Origin: a virus
Lineage: Duplodnaviria; Caudoviricetes
Virus record (IMG/VR): IMGVR_UViG_3300048606_000075
Span: 1 to 64,000 of that record
Strand: one strand, 5' to 3'
DNA length: 64,000 nt
Shown here: positions 20,901 to 29,300 of the stretch, in pieces
Numbering within the stretch: position 1 is the first letter of the stretch
Layout of the letters: every line of letters begins with the position of its first letter
Position numbers and translations under genes: made by a program
Notes under the pieces: model-generated
Told to the model about the DNA's origin: nothing
Seen by the model: only the letters and a program-made list of their open reading frames with translations
Database searches by the model: none

Positions 20901-21618
20901 GTCCCGTAACCGACACACCCTCCTCGGCGAAAAGCTGACCTTCGGCAACAAAATCCCCGCCGACAAATGTGTCACCAAACCTACCCATGGTGAACATAGG
21001 TAGATCAGTATCTACATCTCGAAAATCGAAAACAGCTCCACGCCCGCGACCACGCAGCAAAATCCTGTCTTCAGAAGTCGAGCTGATAGAGAAGGCAGAG
21101 TCCGGGAGGTCCACTCCCACGGCAACAGAGTTGGGGCCGACCCGGAACATCTGGGCGCCGCCGGATCTGGCTATAAAAACATTGTCATCTGTTCCGAACG
21201 GAATGTCTAAGGTAAGAGGAGCTAATCCCTCTCCTGGACTGTTGATAGTTATCTGTCCAGCATACTGAATTAACGACGCTAGCTCGGACCCCGTTACAGC
21301 ACCATTAGCTAACTCGTTCTGCTGTAGAGAGTTCGATTGAATTCGGTCGCCCGGCACGGTGCGGGGGGTGAAGAATTGACCATCGATGTCATCGGGGTTC
21401 CCGCCACCCACAGGTGCTGTTAAATCGATAGTAGTTGTTTCATCTAACTGAAAGAAAACCTTCTGAGCAGCTTCATCAGCATAAATTGTCCCCGGAGGCA
21501 TTGGACCAAGGGCATCCGGCTGGGCCGCAGGAATGATAGGCACAGCAGGTAGACGTTGCGCGCCAGTCTTAGCATCGGCTGCAACGCCCTTCATGCTAGA
21601 AGCTAATGAAAAAGCCAC
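17989..21618 (-). CDS. tail fibre/receptor-binding protein, paralog 1 (1209 aa)
   Basis: Collinear homology; follows minor tail genes. Confidence 0.8.
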   Translation of the reverse strand: MAFSLASSMKGVAADAKTGAQRLPAVPIIPAAQPDALGPMPPGTIYADEAAQKVFFQLDETTTIDLTAPVGGGNPDDIDGQFFTPRTVPGDRIQSNSLQQNELANGAVTGSELASLIQYAGQITINSPGEGLAPLTLDIPFGTDDNVFIARSGGAQMFRVGPNSVAVGVDLPDSAFSISSTSEDRILLRGRGRGAVFDFRDVDTDLPMFTMGRFGDTFVGGDFVAEGQLFAEEGVSVTGPLSGVSQFNIIDGLQIGGNLSVGGPTSFGDQVTFSGAPLLLPTNYAARVGSNVWLRSLGGSPNRIILEGVSDSSVGQIQLGTGGPVLSGAFSEPGVVRVNGDKILTSLPGGILGSQIAFDTLTGGATAGQGNIAAQTVDSYNIKDATIVRANLSAGAVGTLQIADGSIPDDKLVSFAVSKLLSGVLDADEVYLGPHGTIYLGPVDHAHITDQRVQLNVEGLRSYNSINTAVAEVLPGSFMLRSGTTGARLSLASDSGLTLFAPDNSVAAQLATTGVFSLTSKYAGTRAVLDSQDGMRFIAAPTRNAAYNPGFNGGSGFVSATNCEATNDQQHVFAGEFSVRTRALTSVIATPSYVEVPFKNTVGTGTSSSLTRTNACINPSLANDATGWSATVGATTGVRTTALGFQRDNVLRLTVAASGAGTVLGPVVTGIVAAQQWTLSCSARVSLAQGVIPIIQWISATDVVLSESAAASITCRAGVVERVFVTATAPANTTKLRLKLSLAMVTGDVLEVSNALYERTSGLDKYADGATPGYTWAGTAGSSASNLTPVSIPDSTSNLVSIFVWSDTPCWTQIEGRDASTSRGFSDPTRLIAGQWTRVYASCTGVIDRVRLHAPTSDAARTLRLLSYLWYSAVQVERDRTLPTPFCSGFEPGCYWQGAPYASASLRDLDTTTAQLSPSLGVTVSGAVVGGSITASNFVAGLVIAADIRGSTIKGSVLQGTKITGDQIVTNTLTGDRLQANTLISNVSMQTGTVGRRILLSGPDNSIKFFPAADESRFSVLYSYVPTGLPNDISVELRSIDSAAVSMISRVRLQPNEAFIGLTGSSDATLLKGGIVYANDVLAYIGVKVGALSHQGDGSAGILAHSSNEIQIDGWFRNGPWSAEQAVLHVFILVPVGFGGINYSIINKGFTMASDLGPVISGTKMNGWAGNSASHIESLTRTSMIFRSWIDLAGTGSNEVSAWIFRKQP

Positions 21619-22757
21619 TAGAACAACCCAACAGCTGAATCATCAACTAGATTCTCGAACGAGTATCGAACGGTCTCCGCACCCAGTGCATCGGCGGCAC
21701 CATCAGGAACTGACACCTCGATTTTGTCTACTACAAATCGGCCGCCAACCTGCACATACCCATCATCGATGTCAACTTCCAATTCATACCCTGGCATGAC
21801 TTCGCCCAGGTCTGGCTTAGAAGATGCCTGCATGATAATCGTAGGTTGAGCAGGAGCACCTGACATCTTCTTGATTGTCGAAACAGCTAAGGACTCAGTA
21901 GCTTCATCGGAAAGGATGTCACGGTTGCTGACGCTCATCTCCACCCGGGGCTGCGTTACCAGTGCATCCAGGTTCTGCGCGGAGCGGCGGAGCATGGCAG
22001 GTCCGTCGAAGCCGCCGAACGCGTCCACCTGATTAGGCGACGGAGCGATGGGCTCCCACTCGTATTCATCCGCGTTTCCGCCGTACAGCAGCCGGTGTGG
22101 AGAGACAACAGGATGTATAGGATCTATGACTAGCTTAAATCCTAGTACGTTGCCGGGCAACCACTCGCCTTCGATACGAAAAGTGAACTGCGGCTCGATA
22201 GATGCAAGACTCTCGATCTCGGAAGATATAATCTTGTCTTCCCACCACGGATAGAACGCCTCACCCAACGGGGGGCCGGACGAGACCTCGATGCCGGTCT
22301 GCACGTGCAGGTTGCCGCCCAAGCCGAGCTGCGCGTACTCCACCAAGGTTCGTGCGATCACCACACGATCAGTGTTGAAGAATGACTTGGTTTCTCGGAT
22401 ATGTCTGTTACCGAACAGACTCCATACATCCAAGGCGCCGATCTCTAAAGTGTTGCCGTTCCGCTGAGGCTTCCACATGAAGCCGCACCAGAAAGGCTTA
22501 CCCGATCTCTCGACAACCAAGAATGTCTCTTGTGGAATCAAGAACTTCGCATCTGGAGAGTACAAGTCTAAAATAGCATTAAACTCTCCAGTGCCGTTTC
22601 GCTCGAAAGAATACTTAACCTCAGAAAACTCAAACTCGTTGGTGACACGCATAGTCGCGTACTCAACCGACAAGTATCGATAGCCTCGATTTCTTGACGG
22701 AGCATCGCGCTTTAATGTACCTATCGGAATATAATCCGGAGACGGTTCATCAGGCAC
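21618..22757 (-). CDS. minor tail protein (baseplate hub/Tal-like)
   Basis: 379 aa; FSEVKYSFERNGTGEF, LVVERSGKPFWCG, GEVMPGYELEVDIDDG pattern typical of siphovirus hub proteins; position. Confidence 0.7.
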   Translation of the reverse strand: MPDEPSPDYIPIGTLKRDAPSRNRGYRYLSVEYATMRVTNEFEFSEVKYSFERNGTGEFNAILDLYSPDAKFLIPQETFLVVERSGKPFWCGFMWKPQRNGNTLEIGALDVWSLFGNRHIRETKSFFNTDRVVIARTLVEYAQLGLGGNLHVQTGIEVSSGPPLGEAFYPWWEDKIISSEIESLASIEPQFTFRIEGEWLPGNVLGFKLVIDPIHPVVSPHRLLYGGNADEYEWEPIAPSPNQVDAFGGFDGPAMLRRSAQNLDALVTQPRVEMSVSNRDILSDEATESLAVSTIKKMSGAPAQPTIIMQASSKPDLGEVMPGYELEVDIDDGYVQVGGRFVVDKIEVSVPDGAADALGAETVRYSFENLVDDSAVGLF

Positions 22758-22804
22758 TATTAATCACTCCTAGCATCCAGTGCTCCAAGGAATTAACTCT
22801 ATTC

Positions 22805-23728
22805 CTAAGTTGGTTGCTCGAACACTCGAACAGTGTGGGTCGTCGTACTTTGTTGCTGGTCGAACACCAAAGCGGTAGAAGACTGGCCAGCTTGCACAGC
22901 CTGCATCTGAGAGAACACCTGCTCCATGGGCGGGAGGTCATACTCACCGGAGGCCAGATACGCAGCCGAACCGGGAGACTGCAGCAGGTTGTAGAACGGC
23001 GGACCGGCCACCTGCACGTCGTTGGGCGAGATGCCCAGTACCGACCGCATCAGGGCTTCACCAGCGGCGATGACCCGGCCCATGCTCTCGCAGCGGTGGA
23101 ACATGCGGCAACCGCCCAGGCGTGCCCAGAACGGCCAGCGAGGCAGCTCAAACTGATTCACAGTGATGTACTGATTCACGTTCACTGTCACTGTGACATT
23201 CTGAATTACCGTGATCTGATAGAAATACTCGCGAGGCTTGACCAAGTCACGACGATCCGTAATCAGCGAAGGCGTGGACGCGTTGGGGTTGATCAAGATA
23301 TCCGAGATCAAGAAACACCGGTCGGGCAGCGCGGCAAGCGGTGGATTACCATCCGTAGTAAAGGCACCGGGAACATAGTCAATGTTGAAACCTGTGTCAC
23401 CATCTCCAGACACCAGGGACTGATCCCGCACCCGAGCGATGATTGCGTCACGTCGATACTGAGTGGTAGACGAAGTCTGTAAATCAATGATGACGTCTTC
23501 GTCTTGCGTGATGTGATACGAACCATTGAAGGGCACATCCGAGTAGACAACCCCCCGACCGGGGCTGATTGTCACACTCATAGGCGTGGCGCCGCCGCCC
23601 GCCACGGTTCGATACGAGTCCGGAGTGACACACCCGGAGGCGCCCTGCCCCCACTGATCCTCGATCTGCAGGCGATCGGTAACGGCGTCCACACCGCCCA
23701 ACTGCGCGTACGCCAAACGACCAACCAT
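22805..23728 (-). CDS. minor tail protein
   Basis: MSVTISPGRGVV...YHIT..TSSTTQYRRDAIIARVRD..LPDRCFLISDI pattern of actinophage minor tail proteins. Confidence 0.7.
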   Translation of the reverse strand: MVGRLAYAQLGGVDAVTDRLQIEDQWGQGASGCVTPDSYRTVAGGGATPMSVTISPGRGVVYSDVPFNGSYHITQDEDVIIDLQTSSTTQYRRDAIIARVRDQSLVSGDGDTGFNIDYVPGAFTTDGNPPLAALPDRCFLISDILINPNASTPSLITDRRDLVKPREYFYQITVIQNVTVTVNVNQYITVNQFELPRWPFWARLGGCRMFHRCESMGRVIAAGEALMRSVLGISPNDVQVAGPPFYNLLQSPGSAAYLASGEYDLPPMEQVFSQMQAVQAGQSSTALVFDQQQSTTTHTVRVFEQPT

Positions 23729-23740
23729 GTCTATCTCCTT

Positions 23741-26320
23741 CTACAGATAGGACGGACGCCACTGCCACTCGACAGTGCTGTCTTCGTCCCAACCCTCATG
23801 AGTAAATCGGAAACGCGTGTACCCAGGCCGGAGCTTGAGCCAATCAGTGTTCCTGTCCATCCACCAATATCGAGACTGCTGTCCATTCAACAAAATCGAC
23901 TTCTCCCAGAAATCGATCTCGATGTATGTACCCTTCTCGATAGGCACATCAGGGACGAGACGGAAGCTCTCTCGTGTCTCAACATCGGTGAGAGTAGGAT
24001 TAATAAACGGACCTCGTAAAATGGCCTTCAATCTAGCGTTATGCGTTCCCTCATTGTTAACTAGAACAATGCCGGGCGCACCATGAGCGCTATACACCAA
24101 CCGGTACGTGCGTGGATAGTTTCGGAGTCCGCCTTCAGCACGTACAAACGTCGGGTCGGTCTTCAGCTCAGGCCCGAACCAGAACGGGTCGGACATGATC
24201 AAGTCTATGGAGAACGTCGCCCGCATCGGACCTGTCGGGTTGAGGTCCATTCTAGATACAGGCTCAACAAAGGTGTACATCTTCGATATACCAAATCGAG
24301 TGGGAGTTCGTCGAGTCAGCAATAACTGACGATCCCATACTGCAAACAACTGCTTTAGCTTGTTATAGTTCTCCCAGAACCTAGTCCTCAGATAAATATC
24401 AGAAGGGAACCGGCCTTCTGTGTCTGAGCCCAACACCCACATCGCAAACGACAGCTGCTTCTGCTCCGGGGTCTTGGGAATCCAACGGCGACCCGGACGG
24501 GTGGCGATTCGGACGTTCTCTGTGTCGGACTGGGGGATGCCCTCACGGCCAGCCAGAGTAGAAATGTTGTAAGCAAGAGTAGACAGTGGAACTGGAGTGT
24601 CATAAATCCACTGACCCTTGAGCAACCGGCCCTGGTCAATTTCCCAGTACTCATGGGTAGTAGCTACAAGTTGTTTCTCAAAAGTAATCGGATTGACTTG
24701 ATAGACAAAATGCTGTGAATCATCCGAATAAACTTGTCGATCAAAGTCAGACGGTAAGAACTCAGGAGTCAAGACCGTCGCACCGGCAACGGCACTTAGG
24801 CCCAGGTCTGGCATGGCCGCCGTAATGCCGGATGAACCCGGGGCGACGGCAGACAGCAGACCGTCTTCGTCAATCTCTACAACTGTTGGATCTGTAACCG
24901 ACCATACGATATTAAGTGGTGACGCTTCAGATCCATCAGCGTACTGAACAAGCACAATCATCTGCTTGTCAGTTTGACCGGCATCAAAGTTAAACGTAAC
25001 AATAGGAGGCTGAATACGTGCAGCAGTTGGATACTCTTGGAAAATCTGACTGATACCAAGATAGTGCGCTGTTACACGGCCATCATTAAGAAACTGTGTA
25101 TAAACAGCAACTTCATCGAGTGCTAGTTGAGGATTGTCCTCACTACCAGCAAAGAATAAAGTACTTGCGCCTAGACCTTCAATGTCCGTGTCAAAGAAGG
25201 TGTTAACATCTTCACCGTTGACATAGAAAGTCAAACCCTCGCCGTTGAAGGAAACGACGTAGTGGCCCCACTCATCCTGGGTCCACGCATCCGACACGGT
25301 GGGACCCGTCGAGCCCACCTGGCGGAACGTCATGTCTCCGCCGGGGAGCAGCACGATCTCCCACTGCTCAGTGGAGAACAGCAGGGCGCCGTCTACACCG
25401 ACAGGTCCATCCAGGCGAGCCAGAAACTCGATGCCCCAGGTGCCGCGCCCATAGATCTCATCCCCGGCCCCCGGCGGATTCCCCTCGATGGTCGAGAAGT
25501 TCCATGCATCCGTGCCTGCCACCACAGCCGCGCCGGCAGCCGGAGCGAACACAGCGCAGGTGTCGCCTCCCTCCGGATAGGCCAGGGCGTTATAGGTGAC
25601 ACCAGTCTCGGAATATGCTCCTCGATAGACACCGCGAGCATCTTGCATGTAGTGCCGAGTGACAATCGTCGACCAGGTAGACGAAGACTTGCCGGTGGTT
25701 CCGTCCCATACCGCGCCAGCGGAAGACCCATCAAAATAATCGCCTAGCGCCGTGCCAGGCTCATACATCACATTGGTGACATCGAGTGTGTCGCCAACCT
25801 GCAAAGTCTCCAGCACCGCTATGCCATGCATCTTCGCGGTGTTCGCGGGCGTGGTGGCCGGGCGCGAGATGCGAGTCCACGTGTTGGCGGCGAGCGGGAT
25901 GGGATCAGAAACCGACAGACCAGAAACCGAATTGTCAGTTCGTAATGACTCAACCTGACAAATCACATTCTGTGCTCTGTTCACACGAACATACATAGAA
26001 ACCATGTATGTCTGAGCAACTACCGGTACAATCTCAGCTACAGAAATCCAGGAACGGAATCCCCACACCTGGGTGGACGTCGCACGATAGAAGGCGCTGT
26101 TGTTGATCGGTCCGCCGGTGACCTGACGAGTCCCGGCAAACTGGGACTGATTCTTACCGCCGTTGAATCGATATGTGTACCAGTTCCCTGAAGTGTCAAC
26201 TGACAGAGCAGGGTTGACTGACTTGTTGTAGCGATGCAGAGTCTCGTCAAACGGAGTATCCGATAAACGCCAATATGCAATCGGACTATCTCGTACAATC
26301 TCAGCATTAAGCATGCTCAT
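23741..26320 (-). CDS. distal tail (Dit-like) protein with N-terminal LamG-like and CBM-like domains
   Basis: PIAYWRL..WGHYVVSF..FYVNG..LDEVAVY (LamG); C-terminal IDLIMSDPFW..GPFINP..IEIDF..LKLRPG..WRPSYL (Dit); ATG 26320 overlaps TMP stop (ATGA). Confidence 0.75.
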   Translation of the reverse strand: MSMLNAEIVRDSPIAYWRLSDTPFDETLHRYNKSVNPALSVDTSGNWYTYRFNGGKNQSQFAGTRQVTGGPINNSAFYRATSTQVWGFRSWISVAEIVPVVAQTYMVSMYVRVNRAQNVICQVESLRTDNSVSGLSVSDPIPLAANTWTRISRPATTPANTAKMHGIAVLETLQVGDTLDVTNVMYEPGTALGDYFDGSSAGAVWDGTTGKSSSTWSTIVTRHYMQDARGVYRGAYSETGVTYNALAYPEGGDTCAVFAPAAGAAVVAGTDAWNFSTIEGNPPGAGDEIYGRGTWGIEFLARLDGPVGVDGALLFSTEQWEIVLLPGGDMTFRQVGSTGPTVSDAWTQDEWGHYVVSFNGEGLTFYVNGEDVNTFFDTDIEGLGASTLFFAGSEDNPQLALDEVAVYTQFLNDGRVTAHYLGISQIFQEYPTAARIQPPIVTFNFDAGQTDKQMIVLVQYADGSEASPLNIVWSVTDPTVVEIDEDGLLSAVAPGSSGITAAMPDLGLSAVAGATVLTPEFLPSDFDRQVYSDDSQHFVYQVNPITFEKQLVATTHEYWEIDQGRLLKGQWIYDTPVPLSTLAYNISTLAGREGIPQSDTENVRIATRPGRRWIPKTPEQKQLSFAMWVLGSDTEGRFPSDIYLRTRFWENYNKLKQLFAVWDRQLLLTRRTPTRFGISKMYTFVEPVSRMDLNPTGPMRATFSIDLIMSDPFWFGPELKTDPTFVRAEGGLRNYPRTYRLVYSAHGAPGIVLVNNEGTHNARLKAILRGPFINPTLTDVETRESFRLVPDVPIEKGTYIEIDFWEKSILLNGQQSRYWWMDRNTDWLKLRPGYTRFRFTHEGWDEDSTVEWQWRPSYL

Positions 26321-29300
26321 GAGAACGTCCCTGCCCAAGACAACTTAGTCATGACATTTTCAAAAGAATCTGTGGATCGAGAAGGAACGGGATTAGTAAT
26401 CTGGACAGATCCTTCTTCGAATACCACAGACTTAGCTTGAGATGTAGTTGTGCTAGTAGAAGTACCAGCCTTCAATGCTTCAGACATAGTCTTATTGAGA
26501 CTAGTATTTGCACCAAGACGAATTTGACTACTCTTGCCAAGAGAAGAGAACAAGGTAGAGATGTCTGGAACTGGACCACCAGCCGCAAAGCCCACAGAAT
26601 CCGCATGGTTCAAACTATCAAGAGTCTGCGGTCCTATCTTGGCTGCAGCATCCTTACGAATGACGTACTCACCCGGGGTGAGGCGAGCGGGAACGGTGTC
26701 TCCACGGCCTGAGCCGGGGACAAAACCACCCCGCGCGAACGCTTCACCCTTGGCATACGCATCCAAGTTAGACAGGAACTTAGACTTGTTTGCTATAGGC
26801 ATCAGCTCGATCTGAGCACGAGCCTTAGGTTTCTGCATAACCTTAAAGATGTCAGTAGTTGCCAACTCTGTAGCCGTGGAGACTTCACGGATACCTAGAC
26901 CAGCTGTCTTCTGCAGAGCACTAATAATCTTCAGAACAGTCCCAAGATCCTCGTGCAAGGAATCCTTAGACCGCTCCAGCTCCTGCTCCATCCGCTCCGC
27001 CAGCGCACGGTTCCCCACCGCGTCTCGGGAGAGCAACAGACCGCTCTTCTTCTGCTCCCCCACATCACGAAGAGTGTAGTTAATGTCAGGTTCATCCTGA
27101 GCAGTAGCATCCTCGGTGCCTGTGGATGCCTTCTGACCTGGAATAGTAATAGATGTTGATTCATGAATGTCACCAACACCCATGTCCGCCAACGCCTGTG
27201 CCAGATCATCCAGGCCCCACCCGGCAATAGTCAAAACGTTGGACTCGAACTCTTCCTGCTCATCGTTGGTTCGGTCAGTCTCAGAAAGCCACTGGTACAG
27301 GTCGGCATAGGTCTGAGGCTCAAACGGATCATCCGGAGCCACAAGACTGGTGACCTGAGTACCATCATCGTTCATCCAGTCAAGAGAACCGTAATATGTA
27401 CCCTTAGAGATGTCATCGGCGGTAGGAACACCGGCGGCTGTCTGAGTTCCGGGCTTGTAACGAATGTCATTAATTGACTTTGGCTTAGCTGTCGCAACAG
27501 CAGCCGCCGACGCAGCCTTCTTCTTAGGAACATTGATCTCTTGGCCAGCCTTCAGACCAGCCTCATCAACTTGCTCATTAGGATTAACTGCAATGATATT
27601 AGCAGTAGAAGTCTTATTCTTCTTAGCGATAGACGCCATCGTATCGCCAGGACGAACTCTGTACTTCCTTACATTCTTCCTGGAGAACTTACCAACGCCG
27701 CCACCCTTGAAGCCCAACACCAAACCACCAGCGGCAGCCTCTGCCGGCTTACGCTTCCCGCCTGCCGCCGCGTCCATCAGCCGACCCAGGCCCGCGACCG
27801 GAGGACCGTCCACACGCGGGCCCTGCCCGGCTGCGGATGCTCGGTTGGATGCGGACGTCGACCCGGAGCGGTTAGACGCCATCTTGTTTGCACGGATGAT
27901 GTTGCTAGCGCCAATGCGCTGCACCAGCTCCGGAACCAGGACACCCTCACCCGGAGACAGCACGGCGGGGATGGTGTCTCGGCCAGGCGAGTGACCCTTG
28001 AGCACACCGCCGGGGGCGAAGTGCGCTACGTCCTTGTCATCGGGGAGTCCACCACCCGCGAACACACCGCCGCCAGCGGCCGGGACAGTCGCGCCGGTGA
28101 CCACCACGTTAATGGTGTGGGTAGAACTGGTCGGCTGCTTCAGTTGCTCGATAACAGGAGTCGCATTGTCTACAACATTGATCGTGTGAGTAGACTCAGT
28201 GGGTTCTTTGATCTTCGTAATGATAGGTGTAGCATTATCAACAACATTAATGGTATGCGTAGAAGTAGTTGCAGTCTTAACTAGATCAAGAACACCAGCA
28301 GGAGCAATGACAGCAGTAATAGTATGAGTAGAAGTAGTAGCAAGCTTATTAGCAGTAATTGCAGCTAATGCATTATTTGTAACATTGATCGTGTGAGTAG
28401 AAGTAGATGGCGCTATTATAGTATTCTTAGCAGGAGTTACGTTATCTGTACCAACGGTAAAGTTAACCGGAGCATTAACAGCGGGTGGTGCTGCTGGAGC
28501 AGCGAGCGGTCCAGGGACAACCGGGATAACGATCGGAGCGCCAGTGTATGCGGGCGCCGGCATCGCGTCTGGCTTGGTTTCAACGGGGGTTGGCTTAGCC
28601 GGAGTTTCCGGTGTGGGAAGTGGATTAGGTGCAACGTTAGTCGGTGTTGGGGTGGCTGGAGTTTCAGGTGCGGGGAGTGGATTAGGCGCAACGTTAGTCG
28701 GTGTTGGGGTGGCTGGAGTTTCCGGTGTAGGAAGTGGATTAGGTGTGACGTTAGTCGGTGTCGGGGTGCCCGGAGTTTCCGGGGCGGGGAGTGGATTAGG
28801 CTTAACGTCGACCGGAACTTCAGTCTTAGTTGTCTTGTACTTATCAAGCAATCCCTGCAGTTGCTTGTCATCACCATCCAGCTGAATGGTTGTAGTCTTA
28901 CCATCAGCACCAGTGATAACTGCCTGAATCTTACCGTCAACCAATTGAGTATTGGCATCGATTGCCATGTTGACAATCTTGCCATTACCTAGATCAACAG
29001 CAGCCTGAATCTTGCCATTAACAAGCTCAGGGTTTGCATCAATCTTAAGTTCAGCAGTCTTGCCGTTAGCCAACTGAATTGTTGCATTAATCTTACCGTC
29101 TGCACCAGCAGTGTTAGCGTCAAGCTTAACAATTGCCGCTTTACCAGTGATCAGCGACATCATGTTATTGAATGCCGCTAAAGCAGCCTTATCCTCAAGG
29201 TTAATAGTAACAGTGCCGTCAGGCATTGTTGTAACTTGAAGACCAATAGCTTGCAACTGAGAAATAACTGTCGGATCCGACAGCTTAATGTTAATTGACT

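Noticed and set aside
10749-21618. Diversity-generating retroelement or shufflon acting on the fibre tips
   Set aside because: No reverse transcriptase, no near-identical TR/VR pair differing at adenines, no invertase, and all three genes are full-length and co-oriented
22750-22947. Frameshift linking the two minor tail genes
   Set aside because: Both flanking genes have their own stop, SD and start; no slippery site seen
28589-28800. CRISPR-like array
   Set aside because: The 57-bp units are in-frame coding repeats without unique spacers; no cas genes in the window
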